From the NCBI RefSeq assembly GCF_001194135.2, contig NC_068985.1, positions 65,685,815-65,728,610 on the forward strand: DNA of 42,796 nt, written 5' to 3'. The position numbers and the translations under genes are program-made. Under the pieces are notes generated by a model. The model was not told where the DNA came from. It worked only from the letters and a program-made list of their open reading frames with translations, and made no database searches. This stretch comes from Octopus bimaculoides (lineage: Eukaryota). Positions 1 through 11,941 of the stretch are shown piece by piece (within the stretch, counting starts at the first letter, position 1; the number at the start of each line of letters is the position of its first letter).

Positions 1-415
1 GCCTGGAGGACTATGATAAATAGGAGAGGCTGAGGACTGAACCTTGGTGGACCCCTACCGCTACCCGGAATTCTTCACTGTACTCGTTGCCAACCCTCAC
101 CTTACTGACAACATCTCTGTACATGGCTTGTACAGCTCTCAGTAACCATTCTTCTATCCCTAGTTTCCTCATTGACCACCAGATAAGGGATCGGGGGACC
201 CTGTCAAAGGCTTTCTCCATGTCAACGAAAGCCAGGTACAGAGGTTTATCTTTAGCTAGGTATTTCTCCTGCAGCTGTCTTACCAGAAATATAGCATCAG
301 TGGTGCTTTTCCTTGGCACGAACCCAAACTGCATCTCATCTAAACTGATTATCTCCCTAATTAGTTGGGCTATGACCCTCTCCGTGACTTTCATTACCTG
401 ATCTAACAATTTCAC
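1..415 (-). mobile_element. RTE-clade LINE, reverse transcriptase fragment
   Basis: ORF 11..415 has the non-LTR RT motifs QFGF, STTDAIF, LAFVDMEKAFDRVPR and GVHQGSVLS. It frameshifts near the end and is truncated by the window edge. Confidence 0.9.
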
Positions 416-429
416 TAAATGATTTCGTT

Positions 430-2040
430 ATCTCTCTTTCTTCAACTTGTTGATGAAATATATATAACTATTGAAACTGTATAGCGGTGAAAAAGAGTGA
501 GCTTGTTTATATTCAAAATACATGCATGTTCAGTGTCCTGGTGTATATACCTCACCACAGTGTTTATGTAGTCTGAGCTAGAATTTATGTATGGAGATAA
601 AATACTTATAATTAAGTTATAAGTGACGGATTTATGACCAGATTCCTGCTAAAGAAATATATTTATTCATTATATTTTCAAGTCGAACACATTATAAACT
701 GATTAAATGATCTGGTAATTTTCCAGTTATAAATTGCCACTCGTCATTATTCTCAATACACATGTTGTTATAAATTTGGTGACCCTTGTGAAAAATATAT
801 TAAATTTGATATAGAAAATAGACGACAGTTTCATTACACAAAATTTTATAAACGGAAATATTTGATATTAAAGGTCAAAGGAAGAAATAAAACAATAATA
901 GTCATAAAAAGTTTTAGCTGCACTTTCTAGTTAGCTAAATTTATACTTAATAGCTGTTGAAAGCATTATTTCACTAAGTGAAAAATTTTCTTCTTGTAAA
1001 TTTTAATACATTTGAATGGAAGAAAATATTAGAGTTTGAAATGTCTTATTTCAATAGAGGATATATGCAAACTTCTGTGACAGTTTTGCCTCCTCTTTGG
1101 ACAGGTGACACAACAACAGAGGCATAAAAATATAACATTATGTTAAGCAACTTACCACCACCTCTGAGCAATGAAATGAGAGGCTTATTAATAGATCTTA
1201 CCGACCCATTTTTGTAAAAGAAGAGATACTAAAGAGGACTTCCAACTCTAAGCAAAAAGAATTTGCTAAGTTGTTCAATAACGAACAACTAGGTGACAGA
1301 AAACCTACTCAACTTCTTCGTAGAATGAAAGAACTTCTCGGGAATCAACAGATAGAAGAGTCTTATCTTAAAGAAGCTTTCTTTGGTAAGTTGCCTCGTA
1401 GCACTCAAACTCTACATTCAGTGGTGAAAGAGCAAAACTCTCTCAAACAGCAGATTTGGCAGATGGTATACTGGAATTATTATCTAGAGAGTCTGTTGAT
1501 GCCTTACCATCCATTTCTTCAGAATTACAGAAGATGAAAGAAACTTAAGAAAAACAATTAAAATTATTAACAGACAAAATTGAAAGTCTTCAAGCTGGAA
1601 GAGATAAATGTTCTCATAACTGAAATAATGCAAGATGGCGTAGACGATCGAAAAGTCCCAGAAGAAATGCTATATGCTGGTACCATTCAAAATTTGGTGT
1701 CAAATCTTATCGTTGTATTAAACCATGCTCATTTGATTTTCTAAACAAAAAAAAAAAAGGTTGGGAAACTTCTCAACCACAGATTAGATGCGATGAAATC
1801 TGTGGACAACTTCATAAAAAGTCGCATAGTCTTCATATTTGATTCTAACTCCAAACAAGGATTCTTAGTTGATACAGGAGCGGCTTGTTCCATTTGGCCT
1901 GCTAAAATTTTTAACAGAGAAGCCTAAACCTGCTTATTTGACCTCACAAGCAGTGAATCAGTCTGACATCCAGACATTTGGAGAAATTTAAGAAGAGAAT
2001 ATAAGTGGATATTCTTTGTAGCTTAGCTATGAAAGATTTC
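430..2040 (+). mobile_element. Degenerate Gypsy-type LTR retrotransposon 5' part (LTR-like region, PBS, gag, protease)
   Basis: PBS-like TGGTGACCC at 777-785. Gag motifs LPPLW and EQLGDRKPTQLLRRMKELLG (ORF 1271..1537), Cys/His knuckle CWYHSKFG..C.KPC (~1675-1735), aspartic protease FLVDTGAACSIWP (~1861-1900). Many stops and frameshifts. Confidence 0.8.
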
Positions 2041-2166
2041 TCTTTGACGAAAGTTAGAATTCAAATATGGGCAGTAATTTTAACCAATGGGAAACTAATA
2101 ATTATACCTATGTGGCCATATATGACGTCAAATCACCGCTGATAAAGGTTTAATACTTGCTACAGT

Positions 2167-3156
2167 ATGAAGAAATTACGAAATATTTTCATGCCAATGA
2201 TTTCACCCAACACCCACCAAGGGGAAACCCTTGACAAATTTCACAAGGTGCACCCCATCATCAACAATGCTAAGAAGCAGTTTTCAAGGTATTACAAGCC
2301 ACACAGAAACATGGCAGTGGATGAGGCAATGGTGAAGTTCAGGGGAAGATACTCGTTTCTTAAGTATGTTCCATAAAAAACTGTACAAATGGGGAATAGA
2401 AGCCTGGGTAATCAGTGACTGTGAGTTGTTTGTTTTACCTTGTGGACTTTGGCATGTACACAGGAAAAGAAATTGTGTCTGAAGACAACCTGCCACTTGG
2501 TGAGAAAACTTGTGCCCCCATACTACATGAAATAGCATCACATCTATTTCAACAACTTATTCACCTCCATGGATTTGATGGAAGGTCTTTTGAAGAGCAC
2601 AATAAGAAGCAACTGATATGGCCTACCTGTGACCATAAAAAACTGCCTACATGGAAACAAATGATGAAATGGTGAAGTCTCAGCAGGGCAAATTACTGGC
2701 TGTGAGCTGGTGTGACAAAAAGAGACAAGTGAATGTGCTGTCACCTGTGAACTGCACCAGAAACATCAACAAAATCAGACATGGCTGTCCTGGACAGCCA
2801 GACATGATATATACCAGAAACCCGTTGCCATCCAAGAATACAGCACAAACTACAATGCTGTTGACAAAGACAATCAGCTGTGGTCCTACTATGGCATTGC
2901 TGTCATAGCATGAAAATGGTGGAAGTACATGTTCTGGTTTTTCTGTAACGTCACCATGATCAACGCATACATCTTGCACAAGGTTCTATGATACAAACTT
3001 ATTGTTATAATCTAATTTAAATTGAAACATTCTATCAACATTTCATGTTAATTTATCTTCTAAATAATGACAGTTATTTTACTAAATTCTTCATACTCTT
3101 CAGAATTAATTGAAATGAAAGTTGTGTATTTCACAAGAAATATGGTAGTAAATGGG
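2167..3156 (+). mobile_element. piggyBac transposase pseudogene with right terminus
   Basis: Frameshifted motifs DKFHKVHP, AVDEAMVKFRGR, WGIEAWV, YFNNLFTS, WCDKKRQV, KWWKYMFWF and MINAYIL. Ends AGAAATATGGTAGTAAATGGG|TTAG (3136-3160), a TIR plus a near-TTAA target site. Confidence 0.85.
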
Positions 3157-6100
3157 TTAGTTACATGAAACAGACACACTAAAAAAAGATAACGTAAAGA
3201 AAAATGCTAGTTATATAAATCAAATGCAATTTAAAATAAATATGAATTTATCTCACAACAAAACTGTTCCCTGTTTTTTTTTCCAACTGACTGCTTCCTT
3301 GTTCTTTTTAATCTATCTACCTACCTACTCACCCAAATCCAATTGAAATGGCCTTTTTCTATTCTGTAATTCGTGTGTGTGATGTGCATATTTAAAATTT
3401 TGAAAATGTGATTTCTGGGCAAAATCGTATGAACTCCCTTTTATATGATGAAACAATACTTAGTTTGTGATCCTTCTTAAGAACAGAGAGCACTTTCATG
3501 CAAACCCCTGGAAATTGTACCCTTCCCCCACTTCACTTTTAAACAGACAATAACTTCCATTACACCAGTAATCCAGTTCACTATATATCAACTATGCTGA
3601 TTCTGCCCATAAGAAAGGGACAAATAATACAATGTGGCTGTAGTTCATAACACTCAGGCAATGCCAGGATGCATTGCAAGTGTGCAATATAATTTGCTTG
3701 ATGTTGTAATATTTGATTTTTACAGAATGTAGTTAATTTCAAGAAGGAATGTCACGATGAAGAAAGTCTCTTACATGTAATGTGTTCGTAGAAGATATTT
3801 TCAGAAGGCAACTCTTGAGGAGTATCCATTAGAGATGATTCCTTACAGAGGTGTTGATAAAGAATACTCAGAAGGCGAATTTATAAAATAACATTAAGCT
3901 TTATTCAGTAATGTCAAGGGAACTAGCAGATAGCAAAATGGAATAGTGTTTGACTGTAGACAAGTAGTGAGTGTTGAGGCCTGATACGTGTATGTAAGGT
4001 ATATATGTGAGTCAGGGAAGCCGAAATAACTTATGTTGGTGTGAGTGGGAAGTTGTAAGCAGTGATAAGCTAGCAGTGGTAAGTTTGTCTGTACGAGCTG
4101 GAATGTAAAAGTATTCACAGTATCAACTGCATTGATGGAACTGGACGGTAAAAAGGGTCCGTATCGCTAAGCTGAAGCGAGGAGGTAAATTGTGTTGGTC
4201 ATCTCATGTGCTTCCACTGACTAAATTGAAAACGGCATGTTTTACTGCTGGGTGAAAGTTACTACTGGTATCCTTCTGCAGCCACCTTTAATTGGTTGAA
4301 GTGGGCGTAGTGCCATTGTGCTAATGCGCAGCACCCCAAATATAGCTTCCCTATGCAGACTGAAAGTCGATGCAAAAAAAAAAAAAACAGTAGGTATGAA
4401 AGAAATGTCAAGCAAAGGCAAAATATTTAAACAAAAAACTACATGTTCATAAAAAGGCAAGAAAAAGCAAAACACTACTTAACTATAAATAAACATTTCA
4501 GGACCAGCAAAGTGAAAACAATGTTCAGAAGTGTGAAAAGTGTGTTAGTGCATGCAATATGAAAGGTGAGAGAAATAAATGTGCATATCAGGAACAAAGA
4601 ATCCAAGGACATGCATAAAGGACAGGATCTATTCGAGTGAATTTGAATAATGGTGTTGCTTTGCATGCACAGAATGCAGAATATTCCAGTTGGTGCGTGA
4701 CTGAGTATGCCAGGTGCTACGTGACTGAGGCAAAGAATGAGTGTATGCATGAGTGGCAAGAATGACAGAGTGACATGTCGGTGAATTACAAGAGACAAGC
4801 AATTCTATTTATCCCCATGACCAACCAGAGGTCTAACAGAGACAAGTTGTCTTACAAGGGTGCAGAGAGCATGCAATAGCAACTAAAAGCATTGTATGTG
4901 GTGCATGTGTATAACTGGGTGAAGGCATGCAAGCATGTGTGTACGAACATTGAGACAATTTTACAAATAATATACAGAACATTCACAAAAAATATGTACA
5001 TGGATAGATAAGGTCCTGAAAAATTAAAAATTGATATGCAAAACTAGGCAAATGTAAAGAAATAAACAAACATGCAAATACATGAAAAAGCAAGCCACAA
5101 CAAATGCCAAACTAGGTGCATGCTGGGAAAAGTTCCAGTCTATAGACAAAAGTTTGAGTGGGTTTGCCATAGACAAGAGTGTTATTAGTGTGGCTGAGAA
5201 AAAGGAAAAACACAGTAGCAATTGCTGTGTTTGATGCAGTACCATAATCCAAAGCTTTGCATCATTGACTCAAGGAGCAAGTAGAAAATGCTGTAAGAAG
5301 TGTATTCTTCAGCTGTGAAAAACAAACAGAACCACAAGGGCCAAAATCATTTTCAAGATATGTTGCTGGAGATGCTCAATAAGGTCGAGGTAGTGGTCCA
5401 GGGTGGCTGGTAGTGAAGGATGAAACATCAGTACGAATTAAACTGATAAATTGGTGTGTCCGTTGAAAAGAAGTCGCAGGAGGCAGGTCCTCAACGGTTG
5501 CAGTGTGTTGTAGTTGATGTTTCATATCATCGTTCTGTTTTGTTTTATTTCCTGTCCAAATATGATAAAACAAATCCAGGGAATGGTGTAAATGAAGAAA
5601 CAGGCCATTTGAAATATCCTCTGTGGCACGAAAATAATAAACAGCTTTGAAATAAGCATTTACAATTTTAGCTTGCGTCTGCGTAGCACTGTTCTGCAAA
5701 AAAAAAATTTTTTTTCTTTGGGAAATGTTTCTTGCAGAAATATTTTGATGTCCGGTCATCACCAATGTAGATATACTGTGTTATTTTATAAACCAATATT
5801 TTACAAAGTTTTACCACTACTATCTATTTTATAACTATCATTTATAACTTGTGGCCAATTGTATAATTTTCTTTAAGAATGTATTCTCATATGTATGTGT
5901 TGTAATGTTTTAAATAAAAATTCTTATTTTCTAGTTCTCTGTAAAAGTTTCACTAACTCCTGTTTCTATTTTTTCACTCCTTTCGTCTGCCTTGTCTCCA
6001 CTCTTAATACTCTATGTATACGATATTACCTCCAACTATTTTTTATCTTCTTGACCCTGAATGTTTGAGGTTCTAGGGAAATGGTGGTTCAGTTGTCTAG

Positions 6101-7029
6101 TAGTGTTAATATTTGCATATCTGCGGGCAGAAGTTCCACAAACTTACTTCTTTCCAGATGTTGAAAGTTTTATGTGTGGATAACAGGTTGGGAAGTGAGA
6201 TATATACTATATCTTTATTTACAATGTTTCCGATTGTAAGTTATAACAAATTTATGGTTTCTTAATTAAAAGCTATAATGATAATCTTGTTACTTATAAC
6301 TTAATTATAAGTATTTATCACTAAGCATAACTCTTAGTTTAGGCTGCGTAAATGTTATGATGTATACATACCAAGACGCTGAACGTGCGTTCATATGTAC
6401 ATGTATGTTGAAGATATAGATTATATTTTTTTTACCGTTACACATAAAAAAATACAGTTTCATTAATATACAGAAATAAATTCAACAAGTTGAAAGAAAC
6501 GAGAAGTCAAAAGAAATTAAATTTCTACATTAATTTATTATATACATTTTTGGCATTTTAGTACATTTAGAAAAAAAGTCATTTCGTCGTAGAGAATTAC
6601 GACTTAAATTTTATACTCACTAATCTTTCATTCTAGCTATAAGAGTTCACAACAATTCAATATTGTCGGATTTGAGTATTGAACATGGCATAAATATTAG
6701 CCGATACTCAAGAGGGTGAGTGTCGTGGATTTGAGTGGCATCCAACGATCACTGGAGAGTTTTCCGAAAATCAGGGTTTAAATAACTACTCATACACGAA
6801 CTGTACCCCGTGAACAACTTCTTCAACGAAGTTCAGAATTTGTATATGGGCAGTAATTTTTAACCAATGAGAAATTAATAATTTCTCATATTCGGGCAAA
6901 CGAACTTACATTCTCTCTTCGCCTCTTATGAGTTTGCTACAAAAGCTATCTTCCAGCTCCCTATTCATTCTTCCTACCATGTTTGCAACATAGCGCAACT
7001 GCAATCAACATACACACACTAAAAGGTAT

Positions 7030-8110
7030 GTAAAGTGATTGAGAAAGTCAGCATATTTGATAGGATAATTAAGCTAAGACTAATTTTGGAAATCATGACA
7101 GCAACTTTTAAATCTGCCTATGAACAAAAGGACTGATTTTATGATGTCCTTTTGCAGAATTCCTTAACAATGAATGATAGTGACCAAATTTCCATGGCTG
7201 GTGACTTCAACGGTCATATTGAGCAGCATTCTGGTGGATTCTATGGGGAAAATGGAGGCTATGGATTTGGTTCTCAAAATGAAGAAGGAATAAGACTCAT
7301 GGATTTCTGTGATGCTATGACCAATGATCTGTGACATTAACTTCAGGAAACCAGTTAGTCACCAGATCACCTATCAGCCTGGTGGGCACACAGACTAGAT
7401 TGACTACATTATCACCAGAAAGCAGGATAGACACATACTTGTGAATGTAATGTCCTTTCTGGGTGAAGAATGTACAACCCAACGTAGGTTAGAGACAAGT
7501 CAGGCTTAGAGCTAGGACTCAGAGGTACAAGCTGGCCTGGAAAAGTATGGAAGCTAAAGGATCCATCAAACAGTCAGGAATTTAAAGAAGTCCTAACTGA
7601 ACCTTTTGATGAGAAGGAAGAAGAGCTAGAGACATTACATTGATTTGGTGGTAGAATAGTGAAATAGAAAGAAAGCCATAAAATCAAAGACCCAGGTCTC
7701 TAAGAATTAGAAGAATGGGAGTTAGTAGAGAATTATACCAGGTAGTTGCAAGAGAAGCTAGTTGACAATTATTTAGCAAGGAGAGAAGCAATAAGCAAAA
7801 GTTTTGCCTGTGTTTGGCATGAGAACAAGATCCATGAGTTGTTGATTACTAGATAGTGTATCAGAGAAAATTGAGATGTTGTTGGGGAGAAGTGTGTATA
7901 GTTGGAAATGATACACTTTTTGAAAAGAAAGAAACATTGAAGTGCTACACTGGAAGGCTACAAAATGTGGAGAATGCATGGGAGAAAGAGGGCCTTTAAA
8001 ATGTGAACCCGACAGAAGGACTAACCATTCTAGCTGACAACATTATGATAGATAAAGCAATTAAAGATGTGAAGAGGGAAAAACGCAAGTTGCAACCTGA
8101 GCTCATCAGA
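7030..8110 (+). mobile_element. RTE LINE endonuclease region, degenerate
   Basis: AGDFNGHI..GGYGFGSQNEEG..DFCDA in ORF 7152..7334, followed by IDYI-like and WKLK-like remnants. Homologous to 30500-31315. Confidence 0.85.
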
Positions 8111-8523
8111 TGGAATGAAGGATACAGCTTGACTTCACTTTCTGAAATTATCACTTTGTATCACTTTGCTAAAAGATCTGATCCCCATATTTTGAGCAAC
8201 ATCATAAAGCACCAACCCCAAAACAGATGTTCTGAATGTGGTTCTACTATCCAGACAAGTTGTTCACTTGCCTTTAATTATTGAGAAAATTACAAATGTT
8301 AAAAAAAAACAAAAAAAAACAAAGAGAAACAAAAGAGACTGTAGGAAAGTGGTTATACACCATTAGGTGTACACCGCTTCCGCACATTAAATTTCTGAAG
8401 AAACAACGGAATGCAGATTCTGAACTATCAACACAACAATGTTTATTTACAGAGGAAATAGGCAGCACTTCGCCCTTTGGTTGCTGAGACGCCGTCAATG
8501 ATGTTGAGTGGTTATTTGTCTAG

Positions 8524-8604
8524 CTCCAGAGTTGGAATGTTGGAGAGAGCTGTCTCCAGAGTTGGAATGTTGGAGAGAGCTGTCTCCAGAGTTGGAATGT
8601 TGGA
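8524..8604. repeat. 30-bp minisatellite inside the 3' LTR (at least 2.7 copies, then gap)
   Basis: Unit CTCCAGAGTTGGAATGTTGGAGAGAGCTGT. Confidence 0.95.
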
Positions 8605-9515
8605 NNNNNNNNNNNNNNNNNNNNNNNNNNNNNNNNNNNNNNNNNNNNNNNNNNNNNNNNNNNNNNNNNNNNNNNNNNNNNNNNNNNNNNNNNNNNNNNN
8701 NNNNNNNNNNNNNNNNNNNNNNNNNNNNNNNNNNNNNNNNNNNNNNNNNNNNNNNNNNNNNNNNNNNNNNNNNNNNNNNNNNNNNNNNNNNNNNNNNNNN
8801 NNNNNNNNNNNNNNNNNNNNNNNNNNNNNNNNNNNNNNNNNNNNNNNNNNNNNNNNNNNNNNNNNNNNNNNNNNNNNNNNNNNNNNNNNNNNNNNNNNNN
8901 NNNNNNNNNNNNNNNNNNNNNNNNNNNNNNNNNNNNNNNNNNNNNNNNNNNNNNNNNNNNNNNNNNNNNNNNNNNNNNNNNNNNNNNNNNNNNNNNNNNN
9001 NNNNNNNNNNNNNNNNNNNNNNNNNNNNNNNNNNNNNNNNNNNNNNNNNNNNNNNNNNNNNNNNNNNNNNNNNNNNNNNNNNNNNNNNNNNNNNNNNNNN
9101 NNNNNNNNNNNNNNNNNNNNNNNNNNNNNNNNNNNNNNNNNNNNNNNNNNNNNNNNNNNNNNNNNNNNNNNNNNNNNNNNNNNNNNNNNNNNNNNNNNNN
9201 NNNNNNNNNNNNNNNNNNNNNNNNNNNNNNNNNNNNNNNNNNNNNNNNNNNNNNNNNNNNNNNNNNNNNNNNNNNNNNNNNNNNNNNNNNNNNNNNNNNN
9301 NNNNNNNNNNNNNNNNNNNNNNNNNNNNNNNNNNNNNNNNNNNNNNNNNNNNNNNNNNNNNNNNNNNNNNNNNNNNNNNNNNNNNNNNNNNNNNNNNNNN
9401 NNNNNNNNNNNNNNNNNNNNNNNNNNNNNNNNNNNNNNNNNNNNNNNNNNNNNNNNNNNNNNNNNNNNNNNNNNNNNNNNNNNNNNNNNNNNNNNNNNNN
9501 NNNNNNNNNNNNNNN
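8605..9515. other. Assembly gap (911 N)
   Basis: Run of N. Confidence 1.
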
Positions 9516-9929
9516 CTGTGTTACCTGGTACGGAATGTTCTATAAAAGTTACACAAGGAGATTTAGAATGTTCATACGCAGGAAGTTGCGGTCAAGGAGC
9601 AGAGCTGTAGTTGAGCGTCGGATGCTGGGACCTGTGTTACCTGGTACGGAATATTCTGGCTGGTTAGTTCTGGTCTGTTGATCGTGAGTGGAAACATCCA
9701 CTCTAACAGGGTCGAGATAAAACCGTGCTTGTTGATGTTGGTTGCTTGTGTACGTGTAGAAGTCATGTTGCTGCTGGCGATGTCGGGGGTGATGCTTGTA
9801 GTTCGTAGTGGTTGTTGATGTCGTCGCTGGAAACCGGCTGGAGCTGTGTTCTGTATGTGTGTTTGCGATGGTGTATGCATTGGTAAAGATGTTGACAGTG
9901 GTGTGTGTGGTGTTTGAAAAATGGGCACG

Positions 9930-10190
9930 TCGTACACGAAAGTTGAGGGTTTGTCAAGGTACGCTTTTTCAGACGGTCGACAGACACAATCTCTGTACGA
10001 CCATTAGCGTCGACCTTGAAGAAATTCAACCCAAGACTGCGGGTTGGGCGAGGCGTGTAAGGCAGCCTTAAATTGCCTATGAAAACGCTCAACCATCCCA
10101 TTAGAAGCGCTATGGTAGCTGGTGGTGCGTATCAGGAGAGAGAAATTTGACAGGGTGTCTATTTGAGAGGTACCGTTGAGTGGCATTGCT
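9930..10190 (-). pseudogene. Gypsy integrase remnant with internal deletion
   Basis: IRTTSYHSASNGMVERFHRQFKAAL (ORF 10004..10186) is joined directly to the C-terminal FKVDANGRTEIVSVDRLK (ORF 9763..10101). Confidence 0.85.
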
Positions 10191-10698
10191 GGAAAATGCT
10201 GTCATGAATTCGGAGCTGCGAGCAAAAATGACCAAAAGATCCCATGCAAATGAAGATAAGCCAGTAACTCTTCCATTCTCCGGCCGAGAGAAACGGAGAG
10301 GTGACGAAATATGCTGAACTGGGAACAAGTAAGCATCAACAAATGTTATGTACTCACTGAAATGTAACTCTGCATTTTACTGCTATTTTCAGCAAGTAGA
10401 GGACGCTGTGTAAGAATGAATTGACGTCTCGTGAAACATGTAGGAAACTGCTCAAGAAGTTGTTAGGATGAAATAACCGTGAAGTTTTTGTGTGGAAAAC
10501 CACAAAGGTCTCAGCCGCAAAGAAATCTTTGGTTATAGGCTCTGGAAGTCATTGACAAAATGAAAAACTTTAACGTAGAAAAATTTTCTTAGCTTTTCGC
10601 TTGTGATGGATGAGAATGTAGAAGCAATCCTGAAGTTGAACGTCGCGAAACATACGAATTCAAATGGCTGTTGAAACGAGGTCTGTAGATCTTTTAGC

Positions 10699-11138
10699 TC
10701 GGGGTACTAATTGTAGTATCGATTTGTAGCTCAGATTTTCGGCTGCAGTTGTTCTTTATTCGGGGTCACCAATTGTAGGGAAGTGCCGTGTGATGACCAA
10801 GAGAAAGTCCTGCAACTGTGGATGTGAGTGATTGTGTGCATTCTCTATCTGTGACGAGCATGTTGACGGCTCGTGTAGTATTGTCGGTCGGTAGCTCAGA
10901 TTTTCGGCTGCTGTTGCTCTTACTCGGGGTCACCAATTGTAGGGAAGTACCGTGTGATGACCAAGAGAAAGTCCTGCAGCTGTGGAATAAGCTGATGCGA
11001 GTGAATGTGTGCATTCTCTGGTGGTATTATTGGTCAGTAGATCAGAATCCTCAGCCGCAGTTGTTCTTTATTCGGGGTCACCAATTGTAGAAATTCTCCG
11101 GGCTGCGTTTGTTCTTGAGTCGGGGTCACCAATTGTAG
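10699..11138 (-). repeat. Array of five LTR-end/PBS(tRNA-Trp) junction motifs
   Basis: TCGGGGTCACCAATTGTAG exact at 10760, 10924, 11072 and 11120; degenerate at 10699. The PBS part is complementary to the conserved eukaryotic tRNA-Trp 3' end (...GTCGGGGTCA-CCA). Confidence 0.9.
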
Positions 11139-11577
11139 GAAAGTGGTTATACACCATTAGGTGTACACATTAAATTTCTGAAGAAACAACGGAACGCAGA
11201 TTCTGAACTATCAACACAACAATATTTATTTACAGAGGAAATAGGCAGCACTTCGCCCTTTGGTTGCTGAGACGCCGTCAATGATGTTGAGTGGTTATTT
11301 GTCTAGCTCCAGAGTTGGAATGTTGGAGAGAGCTGTCTCCAGAGTTGGAATGTTGGAGAGAGCTGTCTCCAGAGTTGGAATGTTGGAAAGAGACTGCTAC
11401 AACGTCTTGGCTCTTCGCCGGCTGGCGAGAAAGAGAATGAAAAACCGCGCGAAGCTTGGATATCGAATGACCACGCGTGCGCATGAGACTCTTCCTGTAT
11501 TCCCTCCGGAACCAGTCCCTACGCATGTGTGGATAAGCTTTCCGGAAATGTTGTCTGCTATTTAAGGCGTCACTACA
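11134..11577 (-). repeat. 5' LTR (444 bp)
   Basis: TG...CA termini. Matches 8340-8604 apart from about two transitions and an 11-bp indel. AATAAA on the minus strand. Confidence 0.9.
11307..11387. repeat. 30-bp minisatellite inside the 5' LTR (2.7 copies)
   Basis: Same unit as 8524-8604. Confidence 0.95.
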
Positions 11578-11898
11578 AGACAATATAGGAGTTTGGTGTT
11601 TTGAATAAAACATGATAAAATTGAGCATAAAAATAAAGTTAATGCTAAGCTTGTATTTCTAAGGAATTGATGCATTACTACATCACAGAATTTGTAACCA
11701 TTGATTCTAGTTTCGTTGGCAACTTATTTGCTAACTTCAAACCGAACAAGAGTGGGTCCCAATTTGTGTTTCTTCTTGTCATTTTTGCATGAAATACTAA
11801 ATATATGTTCATTTTCAGGCAACAGGGTGCATCACACTAATTTTACATTCATTCTTTATCTACAATTTCTTTTGCAATGATTTTAGAAAGATTGCACA

Positions 11899-11941
11899 NN
11901 NNNNNNNNNNNNNNNNNNNNNNNNNNNNNNNNNNNNNNNNN
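11899..11941. other. Assembly gap (43 N)
   Basis: Run of N. Confidence 1.

Larger units (their letters stand above)
8340..11577 (-). mobile_element. Non-autonomous Gypsy-type LTR element with near-identical LTRs and 4-bp TSD
   Basis: Termini TGTAG...CTACA. TSD AGAC at 8336-8339 and 11578-11581. 5' LTR 11134-11577; 3' LTR starts at 8340 and runs into the N gap. PBS TGGTGACCCCGA lies 2 nt from the LTR end. The only recognisable coding remnant is a deleted integrase. Confidence 0.9.

Noticed and set aside
5460-5640. piggyBac C-terminal cysteine-rich domain on the minus strand
   Set aside because: Required cysteines are missing and the resemblance depends on assuming several mutations.
8477-9610. 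Long ORFs of 377 and 345 aa
   Set aside because: Artefacts of translating through 911 Ns and a 30-bp minisatellite inside an LTR.
10699-11138. CRISPR array
   Set aside because: Eukaryotic context with no cas genes. The repeat is an LTR end plus PBS, and spacer lengths (29-145 nt) are too uneven and partly homologous to each other.
11260-11628. ORFs with SRVGMLERAV or HSNSGDSSLQ repeats
   Set aside because: They lie entirely within the LTR and are open because the repeat unit is a multiple of 3 with no stop.
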